Shown here in pieces: positions 54,569 through 64,000 of a DNA stretch of 64,000 nucleotides. Position numbers and translations under genes: made by a program. Below the pieces are notes generated by a model. The model made no database searches. It was given only the letters and a program-made list of their open reading frames with translations, and was not told the DNA's origin. Location: assembly GCF_009914755.1 (NCBI RefSeq), contig NC_060947.1; one strand, given 5' to 3'. The stretch is from the human T2T-CHM13v2.0 reference genome, Homo sapiens. Position 1 is the stretch's first letter. Each line of letters begins with the position of its first letter.

Positions 54569-55654
54569 ATCTCTCACAGTGCCTGGAGCATAGGAATCAA
54601 TAATGCACTGGGAAGTATATATCCTACTTGCAAGGACATACTGGTAGTGATCACCACTGGCAGAATTATCTTATCTAAGAAATATAGGGGTGTGTGTAGG
54701 TGTTAATTCAAATATTTTTCCAGGAAAACCTCAAATTCTTCAGAGCAAAAAAAAAATGTGACAACAAAAATTATTGCTGTAAAATTTTAAACAAGTGGTT
54801 AAATACAAACAATGCATGGCAGTTTATCATGTTCATACAATTAGAGAGTGGTGGTGAACACTATGGAATGATACTTCCATAATAAAAGATATCTATGTAT
54901 CCCCTACCTACATCAACTTACACATGTTGAACAATGATGAACAATTCTATACTCAATAAAATAATCTTTGGAAATTTCCATCAGTTACAGTACACCTAGT
55001 GGGCTGGGTACAGATCTATATGATAATATGGCTACTGTACTATCTTCTTCAAAGAAAATGAGTAATGAAATCAGAGCCTGATGAAAATCGAAATGTGCAG
55101 GATACAATGCCATTCATACAAAGGTTTAATTCTAAAACTGAAATCCTATTCAGATGACTAATGACTACAACAATTCTTTAAGATACAGAACTTATAATAA
55201 CATTACTTGCTATAGTTCTCCCTCTCACCCTCTGTCCCCACCCCACCCAATCCCATCTTCCCCTGCAAAAAGACTACAGCTACTATAGAGCTACCTTGAC
55301 GTTTCCCATTCAGGCTAAGATTGTTTTCGTCCCTGTGCTTCAGAATTCTATTTTCAATAACTCCCAATCAAAGTATCAGAATCACATTAATTATTTAAAT
55401 CACAGCTCTAAAAGAGAATTTCTTAGCAGATATAAACCGGCAAGTCAGGATGAGGAGGTTTTTAATACTCCAGAAACACTCCACTTTATAATTGATTTGT
55501 CTCTCCTCTACCCTCCCAGCCTAAGCCTGAAGTATTCATGATGTTTCTCTTTCCCCTCCTGACTTTTTATTCTCTTATACTCTTATAAGGCTCATCAGCC
55601 TGACTCTGATCTATTGTGTTCCAGATCATGGTTTCAACATTTTGACAGTTCAAA

Positions 55655-55860
55655 ATGCTGGTTAAGAGCAATGGCTTTGGTGCTGAGCAGATTTTGATTT
55701 GCATCTCACTGACACCAATTACTAGTTATGAGATTCGAGCAAATTATTTAACCTCTCTAATCCAATTTTGTTAGCTATAAAAAAATAAGACACTGAAAAT
55801 AAATGATATGATATGTCAGGACTTAGGAAAATGCCCCTGTGAATAGTGGATATCGTTTCC
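55655..55860 (+). mobile_element. MIR
   Basis: ggttaagagcaatggctttgg...gagcaaattatttaacctctct. Confidence 0.65.
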
Positions 55861-57369
55861 TCAATGCTCATTCTTGTTCTATCTAGAGCTTATTGCCTGA
55901 CACCTAGAAACTCCTGGTACTTGATGATTTCCTTTAATCTTTCTCATTCTGAGCTCCTCCCTGATTCTGGCCTCTTCTTCTGACAGTGACATGATAAGTA
56001 ACAAGTAATCCTTTCAAGCACATTAGATGGTAATAAAGTATGATTACCTCAAAACACATATCCAACTCATGGTGAAGTTACCCAGCTAATCCAAGTTATA
56101 CAGCTAATTTATCCAGCTAATCCAAAATAGCTAACAAATCACTCAGTTGAGAACTTCAGAACTACTGCTTCCTAGTACATTTGGTTTTGCTTAAAAATTT
56201 ATCCAAAACTCTGTCCTACCAATAGCACATAATTTATTCCATAACATGAGTTTAGACTTTTATTAACTGTTTGGAACTGCGGTTCTTGCAAACCCTCTAG
56301 CAAGGCTGTGGCCTAAACTCAGGGATGTGTGTGTATTTTCATGGATCAATGACATTCGCAAAAGTTAACATTCAAGAATCAGAGTTTTCATGTCATTGAT
56401 ATAGTAAGTGCTCTGAAACTGCAGGGCTCTGAACACAGTACACAATTCTGTTATATGTTTGCATAATTCCCTTCTGCAAGTATCTTCTTGAGATAAAACA
56501 AGCTTTGAAAGGATTTCTACCACTAAACTGTGAGTTCCCTGAGAACAGGAAGTGTGTCTGCTTTTATTTTTACCCTCAGGATTTTGCATGCTCAGTAAAT
56601 ATTTAATTCATTTAATTTATTTATTGGATTCTGGCTGAACCTGGAGATTGAATTTTTAGACATCCTCATCAAAAAGTAACAATAATTCCAAGAGGAGATC
56701 TTCCTGGCAGGCTGCAGCAAAAGTCTCTGTGAGCAATTCCTAAGAGCTAACCTGAGATCGTTTGCTTGCTTTCCTGCTTTCTTTCATAAAATAAGATACA
56801 GAATAATACTACTATGAAGGTCTTCGTATTTTAAATTTTATTAGTTTTTTTGCCAGAAAGAAGCCCTAACAATCTGCAATTTTCTTGGTATTTCTGGTCC
56901 CCATCTTATGATTACATTGTCATGTTTTTTCAATAATTTTTTATAAATGAATTTATTCATATTAGTGGAGGGGGGCTTTTAACAAATCTTTTATATCTCA
57001 CTATTGACAGAAAGGTTCAGAGGTTAGTTATTAAGTGTCTTGTGATAGGGTATGAGCAATTATTCCAAATGGTAAAGTCTCCTTTGACTTAGATCAACTC
57101 CTGAAACAGGGTGGTTATTCATATGAACCTCACATGGCAGCAGACAGCCTTACATGTTGAATTAAACCAGATCGTTCAATCCTAGTGATGCCTCATTTCC
57201 TGGTCCATATCTGCATCTTGCTTCATGTTTCTAATCTTCTGAACCTTGTGATTTCTAGTGTTTACTCTCAGCTTAAACTGATAAATTACATCCTGTGATG
57301 TCCACTGATAATCCAGTTAAAGGATCTTTCAATTGTCCAGGGAGTCTAATTGCATTCCAGGTCATTTTT

Positions 57370-59760
57370 ATCCAACTCTCATTTGTTTATACCACCAGCA
57401 TATTAAACTCAAGATGCCCAGAGCGGATTTCATCTTCCAGCCTAAACTTTCTCCTCTCTTCATTCCATTCCATATTTTCCTTACAGGTATCTACATCCTG
57501 TCATCATCTTGGCTTAAAATACCAGAGCCAGCTTTGATCTCTCTCTTTCCCTAACTTCCCTCATTCAATCAGTTACTAAGCCCTGTTTATTTTACCTCTT
57601 TCGTATTCTTCGAATTGAAATTTACTTTACATTCCTAATGGTACTATAATCCACTCAATTAACTAATATACATATTTATTAGGTACTCGCTTATGGCAGG
57701 TGCCTTAGTAGGGGCTGAGGATACAAAGGTGAATGTAATCTCTCTCCACTCTCAATTATCTTCAAGTGTTGTGGATACTAGTATAGAAATCTGAGAGTAA
57801 AGCAACGCATACTTGAGGGAATGGTCAGAACAGTCTTCATAAAGGTTGTTGAGAAAAGTCTTCATAAAGGACATAAAATACAATTGAGTGTGTATAGTAT
57901 TATTCAAGTAAAAGTTTAAATATAGATCTGAAGGTGGAAAAAGGTATTTAAGGCAGAGGAAAAAAGGTAGAATAACTTGTGATAGAAAGGAAATGGTAAA
58001 TTCAGTAGGCTATTCAGTAGAGATAAAGCTAGGGAGAGGTAGGCAGGATGCAGATCATGGAAGCCTTTGCATGCTAAGAAGATTCTACTTCATCTACTTG
58101 GTAATGTAAAATCATTGAAGAATTTTAAATGAGATAGCATTCCTTTCAGAAATAAACAGATTTCCATTTCAGAAATATAACCATGGTGACAGATTAATGG
58201 ATGGATTAGAGATGTGGCAAGATCTGAGGCAGAAAGATTAGTTAGAAATAAATGAAGTAGTGCCAAAGAATGATTATTAGGGCCTAAAGTGAAGCTTTAA
58301 TAGTGAAGATTCAGAAGAGGGGACAGATAAAATTGAGGGAATAGCCCCATAACTCCCGTCTCTGGATAATATTCACTGAGGTTAGAAACATAGGAAGGGA
58401 GTTAGAGAAAATTACTTCATCTTTAAGCATCTTTAAACACATTGAATTTGAGATGTGCATGGGCATATGTGTGGGTAAGTTAGGTAGGAAATACTGATTC
58501 TCATGAAGTTTAGAAGAAAGAGATATAGATGAGTCATTGTTTTATAAGAAATGTTATAAGCTGTAAAAGCAGTTAACATCACCCAATATATTAACTAAGA
58601 GTAGGTTTAGCTAAAAGTGACCAAAAATACAAAATAGGAGTAGCTTAAACAAAGAAAAAATTTACTTCTTTTTTCAAAGACAAAGTTCAGGGCAGCTAGG
58701 TTGGCTTCTCAAAGTCACGAGGAATGCAGGCTTCTTCCATGTGCTGCTGCATTATTCTCAAGCTATGGCATTCACTTCATGGTCAAAGATAACTGCTTCT
58801 GCTTCAGCCATCACTTGCATTTCAGAAAGTATGAAGAAACAAGGGGGAAAGAAATACTCCCTTTTCCTATATGAGTGCTTTCTGAAAATTTCCTATACTA
58901 TTTCTTCCTGCATTCCATTGGCTAAGCAGTTTCAATGAAGTTATGAGTAAGGAAGTCTGGTTGCAGTGGGTTGAAGAGTAAACATATGGGAGGAAAATGG
59001 AGACAAGTGAAGAATACTCTGAATAAAACTAACTTTTAAAGAAAGAAAAGAAAGTGAAAGCCATAGACATAGGAATTTGTTTTAAGTTGGGAGATATTTC
59101 TGTACATAAAGTACTCGGGATGAGCCATTAGAAACAAAGAAACAGGAGTTTTGGTTTAGCTGATAGAACAAGGCCATGATTTCAGAGAGAGCAGAAAGAA
59201 ATGGGAGGAAGATGACAAGTGGAAAAATCCAAACCTGAACAGAAGAAATCTCTCTTTCTAAGACTGGAGGGAAAATTGGGTTCATGTCTAGCATTGCAGA
59301 GGTTAAAGACAACTAAGCCATTATCTATGTTAGAGTCCTGGCATACTTTAAAAGTAAAGAAATGCCAAAATGTTATGAAATTGTAAGACTTATATTTTCA
59401 AATACTTACTCAATGATTTACTGGTAAGACTATCTTACCTTTAGCCATGGTTCCCAGTATATACCCTGTGCTTCCTCATCTATGTACCTTTGTTGACTTT
59501 ACTCCCCATCTGGATTTCACCTCAACATCCACTCAAAGTCCAACATCAGACTCAAGTGCCATTTCCTCCATGCTTCCTCTCATCCCTTAGCTAGAGATTC
59601 TCTCTTCACCTTCTGAATTTCTTTAGCACTTATATATGCCTCTTTTTCATCACTTTTTTTCTGTCTTAATATACAGTTAATTATGGATAGGATTTATCTT
59701 TTATATTAATTGATTTATCAATTCTGGATCCTAGCTGAATTTATTCATTTATGTCCCACA
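57370..59760. mobile_element. Cluster of L2 fragments in both orientations, with an MLT1J/K-like LTR at ~58590-58925
   Basis: L2 motifs (aaactcaagatgccca; ggggctgaggatacaaaggtgaa; ttgaatttgagatg). MLT1 motifs tagcttaaacaaag, atggtcaaagataactgct, ccattggcta. Confidence 0.6.
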
Positions 59761-61409
59761 ACACAAGAACAGTTCTGGACTCCAAACTGGAAAGAAAACA
59801 TATTCATAGTTATACAGTTAATGAAGGAGCCATAGTGCTCCCTTCATGAATCTTAATCATTTTCAACCATGATTATTAGGTTCTCCAAAATATTATGCTC
59901 ACCCCTAGGCTTCCCTGTGAATCTCTAAGGCAAATACCCAAAGTAATTATGTATGTTTTCTCTTTGTCTAAATACAAACAGCTCTTTCTTTAAACAAAAT
60001 CAAGCCAAAAGCCAAAAGTATATATAACCTTAAGCAAAGGAGTCCAATTTCATTACCAAACCAATTGCTGAATGTTTGGCCTACCCAAGCAATAGCACTA
60101 ACACTAAGAACTCACTGATGCCCAAAGTCAAGCAATGTAATGCTGCAGTCAACAGAAGAGAACCAGCAGCTGCTGCTGTAAAAAGACCATGCTGTGATGT
60201 GACATTCTGAGACACAATGGCTCAGTTAGAATTTACAAGTTCTTGCATCAGTGAAGCCAAAAAGGAGAATAACAACATAGTCCAATAAGTGACACCAAAT
60301 AAGAACATCAATATACTGCCATTCAAGTATAACGAAAGGGTTTGTGAGTCATAGATGGATCATGCCAATCACTCCCATCTTCATTAAATATACATGAAGA
60401 AACCACATGTACGTACAAGGAATCAGGTGATATTTTATCCCTTTTTATACCACAAAAGTATGGGACATTATAACAATGTTGAACTCACAGACAGAATCAG
60501 TCAGGAGAAAATATTTGAGAACATGCCAATATTTCTTTTCTACTCTGAGGTAAAAAACAAAACTGCCAAAAACAGGGTGTGGTATTAAAAGCTCTGTTTA
60601 TAGCAGCATGCTTATACTAATATCACAGTTTATTATAGCTAGATATTTTAAAACCATACATCTAATAATTCTAACAGAAAACGCTAATGTGCACTAGAGT
60701 CAAGACTTAGTCCTTGCTGAAGGGAAAGCTGAAATAGTTTAATTACTTTTCATTCTCCTAATAAAAAATTAGTAAAAAAGTAAAGAGTCTATGCAATTAA
60801 TATAAATATAATAACTAATTTTTTACCTGGAATAAAATATAATTGAAAATTATAAAGCTAAACTCAGGAAATAATTTAGCAATTCCTTTTTAATGTCTAT
60901 ATCTAAAAATACACTTGAACAGTCACAGAATTTTAGAGATTTAATGATTTGATAAATCACTCACTTTATTCATCTCAATCCTTTACATACACTGGCATTC
61001 CATAAAAGTTTGTTGAATGAAATGAATGGGTGAATAAATGTATGATCAAAGGAAACTAATCAATACTGACATTTTATGCACGAGGCAAAAAAAGAGTTCT
61101 GAAAGAGTTAAATGACTTGGCCAAAATCATAGAGCTACTTAGTATAGTTAGTGAGAAATCTTGAACAAGAAACTATTTTTCCTGAGCACAATGCCTCTTT
61201 TAATGTATAATTTTTTTATAGGAGTATAGGGAAGGAGATACAATTCTTAAGCACTTATCTATCAGATAGGTGATGCTAGAGGCTTGTGTGTAGGGAGAGA
61301 GTAAGTAAACACACTATACAATCCCAAGTTTATATATACCTTTGCCATACTACTGCGTTTATCTGTCCTTTAGAGCAAAATTGTTGAATAACAGGTGTGG
61401 AAAAAAACC

Positions 61410-61680
61410 TTATTCATTCAATAAACATTTATTGAGCATCTACATTGTACCAGACACTATTCTAGGTGCTGAAGATACATGAGAAGAGAAAAGTGACAAA
61501 ATTTTGGTCCTCGTGGAATTTACATTCCAGTGAGCTTACAGATGAAAACTTCCTCAGTTTTTTACAGATGAAGAAACTGAACTCCAGACAGGTGAAGTGA
61601 TTAACTTCTTTTATACAGTGAGCTTGCAAGAGAGCAGAACCTAGAACTCAGGTATCCCAGTGTACTTCACTTTCCACTTT
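61410..61680 (-). mobile_element. L2 3' end followed by MIR
   Basis: ttcattcaataaacatttattgagcatctac...ctaggtgctgaagatac; ttttacagatgaagaaactga...gaagtga. Confidence 0.75.
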
Positions 61681-61972
61681 CCACTAAGACGTGACCCCTT
61701 ACGAGCTTTGAAAAAAATTGAATGTAAAATCAGGCTCATCTCTTTCCTCTCTTTCATGAATTTCATTCATTCATTCGTTCATTCATTCATTCTCTCTCTC
61801 TCTTCCCACCCCAACACCTCTCTCTTTCCATCTCTTTGTTTCTTCCTCTCTCTCATCATCCCAGGCCACTATGTATCAGCATCACACTGGCAATCGATTG
61901 CCAAGGTTTTGAATTCTTTATGGCAATAGTAGAGAAAACATAGTTAATATAATCATAGCACCTAGCTACTTT

Positions 61973-62083
61973 TTAATTAATTTTTATTTTTATTTTACAT
62001 TCTGGGGTACATGTGCAGTATGTGCAGGCTTGTTACATAGGTAAATGTCTGCCATGGTGGTTTGCTGCACCTATCAACCCATC
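61973..62083 (-). mobile_element. Very short L1PA (PA8-10-like) 3' end
   Basis: ggggtacatgtgcagtatgtgcaggcttgttacataggtaaa...ggtggtttgctgcacctatcaacccatc. TSD ctacttt. Confidence 0.85.
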
Positions 62084-63952
62084 TACTTTAAGACTGTGTC
62101 CTTTCATTTCCTTAAATCTGCAGTAAGGAAAGCATAAGGAAGAAAAGAGAGAAGGAAGGAAGGAAGGAAAGGAGAAAAGGAGAGAAATGGGTGGCAGAGA
62201 AGGAGGGAAAGAGAAAAAGCAAGCAAGCAATGCCTTAAGAATGCACATGAACTGCACATCAACGTTCAAACACTGCCAAAATATTGACTGCTGTAGTTTA
62301 AAGAGGAAAATTACAGTCAGATACAAATTTCGTAGATCTAACTTGAGAACAAAAGGCAGTTAAAATTGTAGAGACACTCAAAAACAATACACTCTTTACC
62401 ATTTGCATGCTTATAATCCTAGAAGTGTGATTTCAGTGATTTTCTTGTGCTTCTCAGCTAAAATATTTAGAAAAATAGAACATGAATGATACAAATATGG
62501 ACTTTCCTTAGAACCTCATATTATATACAAATATATATTCTAAATGGCAGAACTGGAAATTGGCTCTTTGAACTCAAATCTGCTGATCAGCAGTTTCAGT
62601 TGGCTGCATTTATTTTGTTTGAAACTACTGATGTTCTTACCATGGGGAATAAAATGGATTATATTAAGAGAAGGGGAAATGTGTACAAAACTTGATACAC
62701 CTTTTCAAATGTGAAAGGAGCTCTTCAATTTCATCCAGGATAATAGCATTGGGGAAAAAAATCTCAAATGGACTGATGTGATTAGGAACAATTAAACCAA
62801 ACAGTCATCTAGAATAAAATCCACTACAAAGAAAAAAAATCATCTGACTGAATTCAAAAAATATACTTTTGCTTTTGTTTTGCTTTGCTCTTTGTTTTAT
62901 ATCTGCTCAAATCATTTTGTGTTTAACAAGTGTGAATAATGCTGAATGTTTAAAAAAGTTTACTGGAAGTTTTGAAGTATCTTTCTTTTACAAGAATAAG
63001 TAATCAACAAATCATAACAGTGCATAAGATTCTTTAAAGTGGTGGCCACAAAGCCTAATGCCTTAATTTTTTAAAAATAATGAAAAACATGTTATTAAGC
63101 CTAATTCTTTTTTCCTGATTTACAAAAATCATAGGAAAATACAGTTTTTGTCACACAAAAAGTTTGAGACTCTACAAAATGATTTCTCAAATTTTATCCA
63201 GCATTCCAAACACAAAGATGGTTCACTTAGAACATTTCTATAAAAAAATTGCTTCTAATAAAGCGAAGCCTATTTTTCCTCCTTTTTTTTTTTGGTATTG
63301 AAAAGCTATGCCCTAGGCTTATAATTGAAACTTTCATTTAATTAATATGTAACCTAAAAGGTTAGATATTAAAACTTAATGTTAAATTTCAACCTATTGA
63401 AAAATAGAAATAAAAGATGCCCCTTGTAAATACTATGAATTAATATTGTTCTGAGAATGTTAGCCAATTAAGTAAGATAAGGAGAAAAGAGAAAACATAT
63501 TAAAAGAAAGAGGCAAGTTTACTATTATTCATAGATAGTATGATTTCCTACATAGAAAATTCATAAGAATCAACTGGATGAAACTATTAAAATCAACATG
63601 AGAATTTAGAAAGTGATTTTACTCCAGTCACTTTCTATGTGTGTATATACATATATACACTGAATAAAAACATAATAAAAGGAAATATCCTATTGAAAAC
63701 AAGAAAAACAAAACGTAACATATTTAATATTGAAACTACTCAATATTAAAATGTCAGGGACAAAACATTCAATATTCTACTAACACATATAAAAGAATAT
63801 GCACACAAACTCAAAGATGAACTAATCTCCTTAATATATAAGGGACTCTCATAAATCAGTAAGGAAAAAAGAACAAGAGTTCAAAAATGGAAAAAAGACA
63901 TATAGAAAGATTAAAAGGGAGATATTCAATTACCAATAAACATTTGAAAATT

Positions 63953-64000
63953 TACCATTCAGGACATAGGCATGGGCAAGGACTTCATGTCTAAAACACC
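63953..64000 (+). mobile_element. Start of a young 5'-truncated L1PA (ORF2), continuing beyond the window
   Basis: taccattcaggacataggcatgggcaaggacttcatgtctaaaacacc matches the recalled young L1PA consensus. It is preceded by old L1ME pieces from ~63470. Confidence 0.88.

Noticed and set aside
62580-62593. 14-bp palindrome ctgctgatcagcag (also cagcagctgctg at 60164-60175)
   Set aside because: A few palindromes of this length are expected by chance in 64 kb.

Overview
This is AT-rich, CpG-depleted primate (human-like) genomic DNA, either intergenic or deep intronic. I found no intact protein-coding gene. The listed ORFs are broken L1 ORF2, Tigger2 transposase, MaLR or Alu pieces, or chance ORFs. 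Roughly half or more of the window is fossil transposon: L1s of several ages, six Alus, MaLR/ERV1/ERVL LTRs, a full-length Tigger2, MITEs, MIR and L2. There is also a degenerate 7SK retrocopy. The most interesting items are: (1) a ~140-bp dispersed duplication with no recognisable repeat origin that keeps a short hydrophobic ORF open in both copies; (2) two independent 5'-inverted (twin-primed) L1s whose inversion points fall in nearly the same spot, one with a short 3' transduction; (3) several templated-insertion scars inside old L1s. I see no convincing evidence of a new biological system. Subfamily names come from recalled consensus sequences and need RepeatMasker/Dfam confirmation.
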